A stretch of DNA of 64,000 bases from Eledone cirrhosa (Eukaryota), in NCBI GenBank assembly GCA_964016885.1, contig CAXHJY010000462.1:1-64000 (forward strand). Direction: 5' to 3'. Positions 1 through 13,499 of the stretch are shown piece after piece. The position numbers and the translations under genes are program-made. The notes below the pieces were generated by a model. It saw only the letters and a list, made by a program, of their open reading frames with translations. It searched no databases and was not told the origin of the DNA. Position 1 is the stretch's first letter. Every line of letters starts with the position of its first letter.

Positions 1-229
1 TCTTAACACCCTTTAACAACAGAAAATTAATATCTTTAGACCGCAAGGAATATATAAATGTAAGTTTGAAGTCAATCGGAGTAGAAATGTGGATTTGTAT
101 AGACTTTGCAAAAATGAGGACACACAGACAACGTCAGTTTTATATATATAGATATATATATATTGCATTTATATACTGCATATATAATGCAGTCGATTCG
201 ATTACAGGAACAACCTGTTTGTGAAATTA

Positions 230-481
230 TTGTGCAACTCGCTGACCATTCCACTGACTCGTGTACCATTAACGTAGTTCTCGGAAGATTCAGCGTGACA
301 CAGATTGTGGCAAAGATGCGCCTTTGAATTTCAGCTACATCTCAATTTTTCCAGTTCGGTGGATGGCGCAACCTGAAAAATGTCTGTAACTCAAGAACAC
401 AACGTGCCTACGGGAATCGAAACTAAAACATTAATATAGTGAGCCGAATACTCCAGCCTCAAAGCCATATGCCTTCACATA
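230..481 (-). mobile_element. Degenerate tRNA-derived SINE
   Basis: Minus strand reads gaaggcatatggcttt...gtttcgattcccgtaggcacgttgtgttcttgag, a B-box-like motif followed by the tgttgtgttcttgag core also present in the SINE at 19648. Confidence 0.55.
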
Positions 482-1032
482 TGTGTATGTATATATATTT
501 AAATGCAAGTTTTCGATTATGTGTGTCCATCTAAACAGCAGACGGACCTCCTCAAAATTACATATAGATATTCAATAGAACCTTAGAGAGGTTACGGTAA
601 CAAAAGTTTTACTTTGAAAAGCAAGGAATTTATTTACATTCAATTTTTCTCATGAATATCGAAAGAAGTCATCAATTTGGTTTTCGTTTTTCCATCTATA
701 GAGAAATGGAGAGAGAGAAAGGAGGGAAAGAAAGATGGGAGGCATGACGAGAGAGGGGGGGAGAAAGGGAGGAAAAGGAAAAAATGATTGAGCTGCGTTT
801 GATAAATTGGGAAAGGGAAGGTAAAGAAACAATGGTATCATCTTGATTATTTATTATTGAACTTTTAACTTACCCCTTTCTTCTTTGCTTTGCGTTAATT
901 CCCTCTTCTCTCTCTCTCTCTCCCTACGCTCATTCAAAAAGTGGTAATGACAGTATGTGTATGTGTGCGCGCGCGAGTGTGTGTCGGCATTTATAAATTA
1001 GATATTTATATACATATGAATGTATGTTAATT

Positions 1033-1075
<43 letters not shown>

Positions 1076-1122
1076 TCTTTTACCCGTTTCAGCCATCCGG
1101 CTGTGGCCATGCTGGGGCACCG

Positions 1123-1154
<32 letters not shown>

Positions 1155-1171
1155 CACATATATATATATAT

Positions 1172-2015
1172 AGTAGCTGAATTACCCGGTAATACCCAGG
1201 AGCGGGGCTATTCCCAGTTCCCATTAAAATGCCCAATGTCTCTCAGACCAAACATAAATGTTACAGCAAGCAGAGAATATTAAGTTGATTTATGGAGAAT
1301 AGTTTAAGCCCACAACAGCTGAAGCCAAATTTCGCTCGTCAGTTAATAAAAAATCACCTTACACTTTACTCGAGTGGTCTGGATAATTCTCCTTAGCAAA
1401 AAGCCATCCTTAGCACATAATCTATCTGTGTTTCAAGTTTGAAGGAAATTGGTTGAGAGCTTTAAATGTTATAGCAGAAAATAACATTTATATGAGCATT
1501 TGCATACATATTTCCTATTCATTTTAAAAAAAGCGATGCAGACTGGAAATTATCGATTTTTTAAAACTTCAAATTACGTAAGAAATCAAATGGGCATGAG
1601 CCCCACACGCGTGTCAAGTTTCATCAAGATCGGTTTGGTAGTTTTTGAGTTTTAAGTTCACAAACAAATCCACAAACAAACACACAAGCAGACAGAAATT
1701 GCCATTTATGTATAATAGATAGGGGGTTTAACTCCCATTAGGGTATCTTAATATTATTGAAATTTGCTGACATTTTGTGAATAGGAATCATATCTTGTCA
1801 TTTACCTATGATTTAAATTTCATATAAATCGAAGAGAGGGGGGGTGAGCCCCCGGGGAGCCCTTTGATTAAAATGAAATATAGGTACGAAATCATATGGG
1901 CATGAGCCCCACACACGTGTCAAGTTTCATCAAGATCGGATTGGTAGTTTTTTTAGTTTTAGGTTCACAAAAAAATACACAAACATACAGAAATTGCCAT
2001 GTATGTGTATATCTA
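1172..2015 (-). mobile_element. Non-autonomous Helitron-like element(s) with an internally duplicated segment
   Basis: The minus-strand 5' end tctattatacataaatggcaatttctgtctg (~1720) is repeated at ~2010. A GC-rich 3' end gggtattaccgggt...gcta lies at ~1172-1200, and the same end occurs at 33890. Segments 1585-1715 and 1890-2005 are homologous. Confidence 0.5.
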
Positions 2016-4399
2016 TATACATAAATATATATGATAGATCTGTGTGGAACTATAGCCTTAGGCGTTTCGTCGGTTAACGCATTCGATGCTTATAGGAGGT
2101 TCCGTGTAATGATTATGCTTCAGGGTACTTCAGCGCTGAGGCGGCTGTAACTAATTGGGTATAAATATAAGTAAACAGCAATGAAGTTAATGTTGCTCCA
2201 TGAATTAACTTTACCGTTTTAGCAACATAGACTTGGCGTTTCTACTGCCCACTTCTTGGCACCACAATGCTGGCTCATTTTTTTCATTTTTCCAACGTTC
2301 ATCTTTGCATTGATGCTGTAGTCTTTTGGGGGTCATAAGAAAATGCACCAAACAACCGATTAGGTTTACTTGTGGCTTGTTCTCCTGCGCAGGCAGTAGA
2401 ATGTTATGCATGATCAGAATTTCGTCTAATTTATTGCAATTCCCAATTTGTTGTTCTCGTTTCGCAGCAGTCCTTTGTCCCTTTTCAACCAGATGGTACT
2501 GTCTCCCCAATACTAATTGTGCTAAAGCTGTTGGCAGTTATACGGGCTTTTCGAGCTTCTTCACTTACTTCAGATCACTGTGCTTTTATTTATTTTGGCC
2601 TCTGAAGTTGAACCCTCATATAATGATCTGAAATGTTTCCAGACACACACACACACATACACACACACTCTCTCTCACATACACACAAACACACACACAC
2701 GTACACATACACAACACACACACGCGTACACACATACACACACACACACACACACACATACACATATATATATATATATAAGAAAATGAGTTTTTTTTTA
2801 AATGAACAAAAATAGAAGAGATGTCCAACACGAGTGAAAGAATAAGGAAAAGAAATCGAAAATGCAACTGGAGTTTTTTCAGAATATTTTATTTATTTCC
2901 TTTAGCGGTTACACAGTTGTTATACTTTTCAAATGTAGAATTGAGATGGAGGGTTTGTAGTTTTCTCCAATCTGTTTGGTGTTCGAATGTTACTTCGGTT
3001 TTATGTGGAAAAAAGTGGCTCGAATTGCTAGGTTTTTTTAAAAAGTAATTTGGTTGGTTGATGACTGTCATAGGAATAAGTATAATAAATTTCGGGCCAG
3101 TTCGCGTTACATAGCTATAGTTCCACACAGATTTATCATATATATTTATGTGTGTGTATGTGTGTGTGTGTATTTATTTGTATGTGTGTGTGAGACAGGT
3201 GTAAGTATGCATGTGTTTAAATTATGTAACATGCTTATTTCTTCTTGAAAGTGTCTTGCCGCAGAATCCCTTCCAAAGGCTTCTATCAGAACCAGCCATC
3301 TCCATCTGATTCGGCTAGATACCCAAGCGATACCAGCTAATCTCATGGCTGTTATCCAACAATGTTGCTCGTATTCCATCCCTGGCTCTCTTGTCGGTTA
3401 CTTTCGCCCGTAAAATCTATCCAGCAATTCTTTCCTGAGAAATTCTAACCAATTTCCTGTATAACCTCCCAATTTGGAGAAGTGGAGGCTCTATTTGGAG
3501 TAATTTACCGGTTCCAAAAATTGATCGATAAATTAAATGCCAGGCTTGAATAAATTGGAAGGATAGTTTTGAGCAAAATCCACTAATCATGGTGCGCCAG
3601 CTTTGCCGCAGTTTAATTCTTCACTTTGAGACCCACGAATCTGCAAGATATGGTATATGCTCAATCGACATATACCATAATCAGAGATTGACGAAATTTC
3701 ATGGAAACCTGTTCGATTTTACCGGAAATATAAGCATATACGATTATATACAAATATATATATGGTGGGGGGTGTATGTGTGAGAGTGTGTGTATCAAAT
3801 TCGCTATGTTTCAAAATTCCTTTGTCATCCTGCAGCACTCAACCACGTGTTAACTAAAATCAGAAAGATTTTCCTTCTTCCATCTTTGGTATGTTGCACA
3901 TATTGCATGCAAAATATGTTGTAAATTGTCATGCCCATTCTTTCTTTTGTTATCAACTTACAAGCATCTTACCAACATAACTTTTCTGTAATCTGTTACA
4001 GAAACTAGCATATCAAGTGCAATAAAACCTTAATGCGCGAAATTATACACCAATAAGTTGGTTGAAGAGTTAAAGAGGTATATGCTTATTCGTCTTATGT
4101 AAGTGCTTTTCTGTGTGCGTTTCCTACTTGTATTCATATGGATTGGTAATTAACAGGGCATTTGAGCTCTTATGAATGCATGTTCTTAATTATACACCAA
4201 AATCACAATATACACGATAATTACACGTCTGAAATCTTTCTTAACACACTAGGAATTAATGGAAAAAATCTTTGGCTTAATTACTTGCATGAATTCACTT
4301 AACAAATGAAAGTTACAATGAAGTATAAATAAATACCTATATAGTTACGCACAAAACACACACACACATATAAACCTATAAAAATAAATGACTAAATGA

Positions 4400-4434
<35 letters not shown>

Positions 4435-4666
4435 CATGTGTGTATTTGTATACACATACACATACACACATACATTCATTCTCCGATATGTGTCTATGTA
4501 TACATATGTGTGTGTGTGTTTGTGTGTTTGAGAGGGAGATGGGGAGAGAAAGAGAGAGAGCACGGAGAGAGAAAGAGCAGTGGACACATACTTATATTTG
4601 TATATGTATGTACTTTGTATAAATAACTAAATTCTATTAATCCATATAGTTGTTTAATAAATACAG

Positions 4667-4698
<32 letters not shown>

Positions 4699-4714
4699 TA
4701 ACATATATGTTATT

Positions 4715-4842
4715 TGCAGCAGAGAGTTACATACCTTTACGGTGAGAGTTCAAATCCCACCGAGTTTAATTTTGCATTTCATAAAATCTAGTACCAATAA
4801 TGCACTGTGATAATTGCTGGCCTTGTGCCAAAAGTAAAAGCA
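4715..4842 (+). mobile_element. Degenerate copy of the major tRNA-derived SINE family
   Basis: gagttcaaatccc...gtaccaataatgcactg...aattgctggccttgtgccaaaagta matches the copies at 20925, 49685 and 56618. Confidence 0.7.
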
Positions 4843-4907
4843 ATTGTTTAATATAGAATGTCTTCCACAGGGCTAGAACTATTTCATTCCCATGAAATCC
4901 TATATAT

Positions 4908-4984
<77 letters not shown>

Positions 4985-4988
4985 TATG

Positions 4989-5026
<38 letters not shown>

Positions 5027-5072
5027 ATATATAGGATTTCATGGGAATGAAATAGTTCTAGTCTAAGGTCGC

Positions 5073-5185
<113 letters not shown>

Positions 5186-5189
5186 TATG

Positions 5190-5241
<52 letters not shown>

Positions 5242-5566
5242 GCGACCTTATGCAGCTTCATATGTAACTGTGATTAATCATTTAATTTACACAGACGACA
5301 AAACTATATATTCTCGGCTGTTTTCAAGTTCAACAGACGCAATCGGTGGGAGGGACCGTCCCGACAAAGGTCAGTCATGCCTGAAATCCATAGACGGTTG
5401 TCCCCTTGCTTCTCCTAGACACCACCATAGGGAGGTATCGCCGGTGTTTGCAAAGCTACGACTTCCTGAAACAGTGTTTCTTTAGAAATACGAAATTTCT
5501 ATACATATTTGTATAAAGCTATGCTTGAAGCATATATTATTTATATATATATAGATATAATTACAT

Positions 5567-5599
<33 letters not shown>

Positions 5600-5600
<1 letters not shown>

Positions 5601-6675
5601 GGTAAAGGTAAACAGACATAACAACACAATCGGTACAGTATATGGAAGGTATATATTAGGTTAACTCTTGATATAGCAGGAAGAGAGTCTTAACGTTTCG
5701 GACGCTAGTCCTTCATCAGAAGAAAGAATGATAAATAAAATAGTTTAAGTGGTAGGGCGGGATGGAATTGGAAAAAATGTCTTTAGATGAAAATAATAGG
5801 TCCATTCATGTTGGCATCTCTTGCAAAACAGTTGGTGCTGGCGTTTTGTGTATGATTTGTTCTTTAGAAAAGTGGATGATGGCGCGCGTCTACCTGAAAT
5901 GGAAAAAAAAACGTTTTATAAAAAGAGTTATACTTGAGCACGTGCGTAAGCATGAGTCTGTGTGTGAGTGTGTGAGTGTGTGAGTGTGTGGGGTGGGGGT
6001 TGTGTGTGTGTTTGGGTGTGAGTGTGTGTGTGTGTGTTTGGGTGTGAGTCTGTGTGTGTGTGTGTGTTATTATAGGTCGGTACAAAGCTAAGAAAAAATG
6101 TGTGCGTATATGTGAGTAAAAGAGTGTGTGCATGTAAGTACGAAGCTATGAGAAAAAGTATGTTAATATAAGGGTGTGTATCGGCCGGTATTAGTAGTAA
6201 GAGAAGCTGCTAATGGTCAAGAGAAAGCGATAGGAATCTAGGGGTGTGATAATGGATCGGGTATTAGAGAAATTGGGGAGGTGAGTTGAGTACAAGAGGG
6301 GAATAGTACCCAAGACGGTAATCAGACTTTGTTCAGTCCTGGTGCACGAGTCCTGTGATCCATGATGTAAAAGGACACCTAGGACTGAAACATGTAGGGA
6401 AGAATGACCAGCAGAACAGAATTGACGGGCGACATGAGTGTCCAAACCGAGTTGTATGTCCCTCAAATGTTCGGCAACGGTCCGCCATACGGCGTCCCGT
6501 TGTCCGATATATTGATTACCGGAGGGCATATACAGCGTGGGTGGATGTGCAGGCGAAGGAATGGCGGATAGGGAAAGACCAGTTAGGCCCTGTAAGATTG
6601 GTGAAGGTGGAAATAATGAGACAAGTGTTGCAGGGGGAACGGGAACAAGGACGAGATCCAGTCACTCTGGGTATA
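5600..6675 (-). mobile_element. Penelope-like element 3' fragment (Cys-rich linker + frameshifted GIY-YIG endonuclease + pLTR)
   Basis: ORFs 6516-6764(-) and 6191-6529(-) give PCSRSPCNTC...CTSTHAVYAL / YIGQ...EHLRDI, a Neptune-type linker and GIY-YIG. An HHR lies downstream at 5688-5723. Confidence 0.85.
5688..5723 (-). ncRNA. Minimal type I hammerhead ribozyme
   Basis: Minus strand: TCTT CTGATGA A GGAC-tagc-GTCC GAA ACGT T AAGA. Stem I TCTT/AAGA, stem II GGAC/GTCC, palindromic stem III ACGT. Confidence 0.85.
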
Positions 6676-9170
6676 GCGCTAAATTTTGCCCCAAAGAATT
6701 CGGACCTTACCTCGGACGAAATTAAAATAATACTAGCTGCTAGAAGGACTATCAAAAGATTCAAAAATAATTACCTAGAACGAAGAGACAGAGAGAATAG
6801 CTTCGATATCACAATGGGATCTAACGGACTTGGTGGGAATATATATAGCGCACAACTTACATAAGGAATTCAATATCCTCCAAGGAGGAATTTTCAGAGA
6901 CGATACACTCCTTCTAGCCAAAACCTTAAATAATCAGAACATGGAAAGATTAAGAAAAAACATTAGAGTATTCTTCAAAAAACTAGAACCTAGGTATCAC
7001 ATTCGAACTCAACTCTAAAAAAGCAAATTTCTTAGATGTAACTCTCAACCTAAACACAGGATTAATAGAACCCTTCCATAAGAATAACAAAAATCTAGCC
7101 TACATTAGTTATAACTCAAACCACCCCCGATCCATAATTCACTCCATAGCACATAGTATATCCCTCAGAATATCCCGCCTAACATCGAACCTAGAAATGT
7201 TTAACGAACACGCAAACTAATATAACATAGCTTTACATAAGGCTGGACATAAGAAGAAGCTGTAATATATACTAGATAGAGACAACAATAACAAACCTAA
7301 CAACTCATATAGAAATAATAAGCATAGGACTAAACATAGAGTTAGACAACGAACACCAAAAATAACCGAACAGAACACTAATATAAGGACCCCCAAAAAC
7401 TATAGAAGATCCAGAGATAGAAAGTACCCATGGTTCAATCCAATATTCAACTCCTCTATAAAAACTAAACTACCTTCTACATTCTTTAAACTAATAGATA
7501 AGCACTTCCCTGCATTACACAAATACCATAAAATATTCATAGAAAAATTATCAAACATTCCTACTCTACTGCAGCCAACATAGAATCGCACATACGTAAG
7601 ATCAACCACAAAAATATCTCTAAAGCAATTAGCCTACCAACACGAACCATAGCACCAAATACAAAACACAAACACATGATAACATCACAACCACAAACGC
7701 ATCGGAACACATCACAACAAAACATTAATAGGCCTAAATCAGAACCCACCCACAACAACTTACAAAACCGCAACGATGAACCTGCACAAAATAAAACCTC
7801 AAATTGTAATTGCCACCTACCGGATAAGGGCCCACTACGGAATAGATGCCTGGATTCAAGTATGGTATACCGATGTACTGTGAATTCAGGCAATTCAACC
7901 TGGCACTACATAGGTTCCACGGCTGGGGAGTTTAAGAAAAGGTAGTACGTCCACAGACACTCCATGAAGAACCGTGCACTGGAGAACTCTACGACGCTCG
8001 CCAATAAAATATGGCAGCTAAAGGACAGAAACCTAGAATATAAGATTAGCTGGTCAAAATTATCGGTATCGAAAGCCTACAGCAACGGAATGTCCTACTG
8101 CGGGCTTTGTAATTTAGAACTACTACATATTTTAAGGTACGATGGGATGCTGCTTAACAGCAAAATAGAAAGATCTATTTTTTGTAGACATAAAATAGCT
8201 ACTAGATTCACAAACTTTAAATCACCATGAATTGAACCAGCAATCCCAAATTAGTACTGAACCACCTAGATGTTAACATATAGAAAAATTACATCATCGC
8301 ACTGCTATTAGCTATCAAACGGCCAACTGGTCACTGGTTCATAAATCTCTGAACATTTCTTTCACCCTCTCTCCCTGAAACAACATCAACCCCATTAAGA
8401 TAGAACAATCAGCAAAACATTTACAACAAGCGTTTATCAAATGTCCCGTCATCCCTAGTCCATAAATATCATACATACATCCAGCAATTAATCTCTAATT
8501 TATTGTCTCTTTTATCGGAACCTCTACACGTATCTATGTACATCTCGAATCTAGCTTCCCACCAACGAATCATTATAAGAACACTTATTCAAAACTACTA
8601 CTATGTACTTACACGATCTCACTTATTTATTTATTTATCTCTTTATATTTTCCATCCTCTCATTTACTTATTTTATTATGTCCTCTATCTTATATTCTCC
8701 TTTACTTTTTACATCTGTAACTTCTGTATTATTATTGATTTATTGTTTAGATTATACGCTATTTTATTATTGATGTTATTATTTTAATTATACGCTATTT
8801 CTCTATATGTCTTGCCTCGAGTGAATTATTTTTATATCTACATACTCTGATGTGTTGACCATGGGTGAATAATGTATTGGAGATCGAATAACGCAACATC
8901 AAGCGATTAGCGAACTCTAGACCCACATGATCAACGAAACAATTGTAAGTACTTTAAATAAAGCCCTTATTGTACAGCCAACCATGTTAATCTTCATTCT
9001 TTAACTATTATTACTCCAAGTATAACCTGCATAAAAATTACCGCGAACTCGCTGCATAACTATGGAAGCATCTTGTTGAGTGAAAAAAAGCCGTACGTGA
9101 AAACTATCAACGACGCAGAGCACTCACAACCTCTAACTGGATTACCTATAACGATAACTTGTTATCCCAT
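6676..9170 (+). mobile_element. 5'-truncated, degenerate Penelope-like element (RT C-half, GIY-YIG, pLTR)
   Basis: Fragments FDITMGS, GIFRDD, NFLDVTLNL, then CNC...C...MVYRC...HYIGSTAGEFKKR and TTLANKIWQLK...CGLC...LLN (7676-8230), with multiple stops and frameshifts. Confidence 0.9.
8843..8951 (+). ncRNA. Hammerhead ribozyme motif with long stem II insertion (A9->U variant)
   Basis: TACT CTGATGT GTTGA-CCATG...CATG-ATCAAC GAA ACAATTGT A AGTA. Stem I TACT/AGTA and palindromic stem III ACAATTGT. A degenerate homolog lies at 31340-31445. Confidence 0.7.
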
Positions 9171-9189
9171 GTATATATATATATATAAG

Positions 9190-9668
9190 TTATGCCTGAT
9201 GATGTCTCACGAATGAAACAGTTCTAGTCCGGTAGAATCTTTTCTATATTAAAATATATATATATATAAATATATATATATATACATTCATGTAGGTTTG
9301 GTGGTTCACCACTGGATAGAACTGGCCATTCCGTATAGTCATCGATGATGTAGTATTAGGAAAAGCACAGGATATTATGTAACTCATCCATCTTCGATGT
9401 TGTATCTTCAAGGTGGTCAGCCAAACTAACCACAACTGTCCGTGACCGCCTTCGACTCAAAAACATGTTTCCCTGCTTTTTAGCCTATTGGATTGTGTTT
9501 GCCATTATTCCTTTATTGTATAACTATTATGCAATAAACATCTGATGATGACACCAGGATCTTACGAGACTTGGCGACTGAAATGTACATAGTGTTTTCT
9601 ATAATAAATCTTTGAACGAATTTCAGCAGTCCGGCCTCCTGTCATTCTGTCATTTTACTAAAAAAATA
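9190..9668 (+). mobile_element. Non-coding PLE pLTR-type element with two HHR motifs
   Basis: CTGATGA...GAAA at 9196-9218 and at 9542-9583, bounded by (TA)n. The tail gaatgaaacagttctagtcc...ctatattaaaa is shared with 4848-4900(-) and 59240-59293. Confidence 0.6.
9536..9597 (+). ncRNA. Hammerhead ribozyme motif
   Basis: AAACAT CTGATGA [imperfect stem II capped by TCT-tacg-AGA] GAA ATGTACAT A GTGTTT. Stem I is 6 bp and stem III is palindromic. Confidence 0.75.
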
Positions 9669-10427
9669 TATATATATATATATATCAATTAAAATTACTT
9701 AAATAATTGACTGATAAGAAAAATTCATTTCAATTAACTCAATTCAGGCGATGTTGCTGAATTATATATTAAAATAAATGTTTTACTATTCTCTCCTATG
9801 AGACGAGAGATAATATATATCATATTTTGGGTGGGGATTATTTACTCCTTTTTTCATAAAAACGTGAAAACATGCGCACACACAAATGCGGCACCATATA
9901 TATACGCGGCCAGCTAACACAAGATGTTTGTGTTTTTGCATCCACGTGCTTACCACCCACTACCACACACACACTGATCACCCTTCACATGCGCAGTTGA
10001 CCACGTACACACGTGATCAGCTTACATAACTTATACTCACTAACCTCTTACCCCCACAAATATGACAGAACATTCGTACTTTTTAAAACTAATATCATTA
10101 ACAATACTAACTCAGCACCACAACACGCATGCCTGCGCGTATATGTATCTGCGGGCTCGTATATCTAGCGCGCCTGCATTACCAACACTTCCACAACAAC
10201 CACCACCACCATCACCAACACACACGACCAACGCCACCACCATCACCATCACCACCAATGCTATCATCGCTTCCGCTACACCATCTTTACGGCGCAGACT
10301 CTGTCACACCGTCTCTCTGTCACTCAATCACCAAATACCCCTTCAATCTGCGTGCCCAATATTCTATCTCAACGTTAAATATATCACATTAGGTCCTCCT
10401 TACATTTCTGCCACCACCATCTCACAC

Positions 10428-10518
<91 letters not shown>

Positions 10519-11291
10519 GAACACACTCACTCACTCTCACACACACACACTCACTCACTCCCTGCAACTAACCACAGTTAATTTGTCTCTTATTTTCCTA
10601 CGGCTATTCCTGAATTTTGTACATATCAGCCTGGTATCAAAGCTATGTTAAGCCCTGCTAGATACGGAAACCCACACTACTCCTTTCTCATACACACACG
10701 TACGTACACACACACACACACACGCGCGCGCGCATACACGCACACACCAATATATGCGACCACACAATACACACTAACAACCACACATCTCCGCCAAATG
10801 CATGTTCTAACATACGCACATATGCACGACGCCACGCACGGAGACATGGGTGTGTGCTTGTGTGGAAATGCGCGCGCCTGTTTGTGTGCATATTCGTTCG
10901 TGCGTGTACACACATTTACACACACACTTCAACCAACAACACATTTAAAACCTTCATACGCACACCCGGATCGTATTATGCACCCCCCCCCCCGCCCCAA
11001 CTACACGCAGCCAGACACTGCATGTTAGCACCCCCACACCGACTCTCACACCCACATGCTGGACCCCCCACTCATTACTCCGGATCCACCCCCTTTCCTT
11101 TTTATTTTTTTATTTTCTTGCTAATTTTCTGTCAACATCTTTGTTGTTTTTTCAATTGTCTTAGGACTTTTCCTTTTGTGCTTGTCCTGATGGATTGGAA
11201 ATGCCCGATAGGTTGACTATGTCACTCATTCTTCTTCCTCCAAGCGTGAAAACAATACTCTTCATATTATTGCATCCTCTTGTTTGTTTCC

Positions 11292-11325
<34 letters not shown>

Positions 11326-12187
11326 CGAGGTGTGACAGAAAATTCCAGGACTGATGTCACAAAAGATTTATTTCAAACCCAAACTTCACACTAAGAGTTT
11401 TCTCCTTCAAAGTAATCCCCCTGGAGTATGTAACTGTAATCTTAGCTCTCTGCAGCGATCAAACTTTTTCTTCATAATTGTATATACATGTCCTCTGTTT
11501 CAGGTCGTCGAGCAATGAGCACAGACTTGAAGTTTCTGGTACGTTGGGGGAAAACTCCGTCAGAAGCACTGGGATTGCTGCAGCAAGTGTATGGAGATGA
11601 TACGATGTCACGCTCACGTGTTTTTGAGTTGTGCAAGATGACCCCAGGAGCGGAAGGCCCTCGACAACCAGGACTGAGGTCAACGCTGAGCGCGTCAGAC
11701 AGATGGTGCGTAGCGATCGTCGGCTGACTGTTCGACTGATGTTCAAATGAGCTGGGCATGAATCGGGACAGCGTCTGGAAGATTATCACTGAAGATTTGG
11801 AAAGTCTGAGCGAAGATGGTGCCAAAACTACTGAACGATGCCCAGAAGGGTCGACGCATGCAAGTGTGCCAGGACATCCTCGAGCATCTTGAAACCGAAC
11901 CAGGCTTGCTAGGGACAGTCATCACCGGTGATGAGTCATGGATGTTCGAGTACGACCCGGAGGGGACCCGTTTTGAAGACGTGGTGACATCAAAAATGCC
12001 GTCACGATGGAACTGCGGAGGATCCCGGAAGAATCCTTCCAGGAGTGAATGCAAGCGTGGCAGAAAAGGATGGAAAAGTGCATTAGCCTCCAGGGATTAC
12101 TTTGAAGAAGAAAACTCTTAGTGTGAAGTTTGGGTTTGAAATAAATCTTTTGTGACATCAGTCCTGGAACTTTTTTGACACACCTCG
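11326..12187 (+). mobile_element. Internally deleted mariner (Tc1/mariner) transposon with ~100-bp inverted termini
   Basis: TA flanks on both sides and inverted repeats 11326-11426 / 12088-12187. Transposase remnants are LKFLVRWGKTPSEALGLLQQVYGD, VPKLL, ITGDESWMFEYDPE and DYFE. Confidence 0.93.
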
Positions 12188-12899
12188 TATATATATATGA
12201 TTAACAATCGGTAGAACTGGTGTTTGTGGTAGACAAATCATGATATAACAAGTTAATCAAGGCACTCAACGTTATGCAAGTCATCCATCGTAAATGTGGT
12301 ATCCAGTGGTCGGTGCAGGAACGGAATAAGGTATTTATTAAACGATAACAGAAGGTCGGACTGCAAAATTTGTTTAAAATTTTACTTCCGTGAAATCACT
12401 ATACATATGCTGATGGCCCAGTTACATCTTCCAAATATGATGCAATACAGGACGATCTCATCAAGCAACTTCGAAAGTATTACGTAACAGAATTACGTTG
12501 AACCCGAAAATAACTTGCAACATACGGATAAATGAAAATTCAATTCAGGGACTTCCTGTCAAAAAGCTGTGGTTTTGTTAGAAGGCAGTCCCCAAATGAA
12601 ATAAAATCTGTGCTTTATGTTTTTACTGTCCATGTTATTACAGAATGGTTTGCAATTATTCAAACTTTGGGCGAAAATTATAATTTATTGCGGAAATATA
12701 GAGCAGAATATAAGTGAGAAAGAATATAAAAAGCACATGTTTTAGTTTTCAAATATCCTAAGGACCACACACATGATAAATTTTCATCAGCATTTGCAGT
12801 ATTTACCTTTAGTATATAAAATTGATTTTGGAAAGCCAGAAGCTCTAAAATTGCTAAATGTATTAACTGGCTACAGACTGTGTGGGTTATTGTCAAATG

Positions 12900-13165
12900 T
12901 TTGTGATAAGATTGATGAGAAAAATGTTGACAATTTTAGTTAATGGCATCGGTAGAAAGCTCTTTTAGAAAAGTCTATTTTTTTTTTTAGGTGTATTATT
13001 TCAAAACAAACTTTTTTTTATTCATTTAGCATGACTGAATCTTGCTGAATCAACATTAGCAAGATTTATCAAGATTGAATCAAGTATTGCCAAAGAAATT
13101 GATTTTGACAGTGTTAATTTAAATTTCGCAGCTAAAGAAGTCGATAAAATTTCATTTAATTAGCT
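12900..13165 (+). pseudogene. Highly degraded hAT transposase C-terminal (dimerisation) region
   Basis: Manual translation gives ASVESSF and IESSIAKEIDFDSVNLNFAAK, resembling the hATC ERSFS...I..FA motif. Confidence 0.5.
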
Positions 13166-13499
13166 GATTAGATTTGTTTGTTTTTTTATTTGTATAACGT
13201 AGTATTCATCTTGGTATTCTGTTGCATAGGGAATAAATAATTATTTAGGAAGCATCTATTAGCAGTCATAGTAGGGTAGCCACAAATTGATCATCATGAC
13301 AAGTTATGTTTTCATAATAATACACAATGAGTTAAAGGGTACAACTTAGATATTCCATATTATTCCCACTATCTATTGAAACCAAAAGGCATTCCAGATC
13401 TAATTGAAGCACACATTCTCAATTATTCGATTAAAATTATGGCTGGGGTTGGAGTAAACCGTCGATTTTGGTCTCGTAAATTTACCAGGGGAGACCCTA

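Noticed and set aside
2055-2100. Possible HHR on the minus strand (cgacgaaacgcctaagg)
   Set aside because: The CUGANGA box is too degenerate (cctataa) to support.
6355-6864. 169-aa plus-strand ORF
   Set aside because: A chimera of the antisense strand of one PLE and the RT frame of the adjacent PLE.
10062-11216. His/Thr/Pro-rich ORFs
   Set aside because: Low-complexity CA-rich sequence with no coding evidence.
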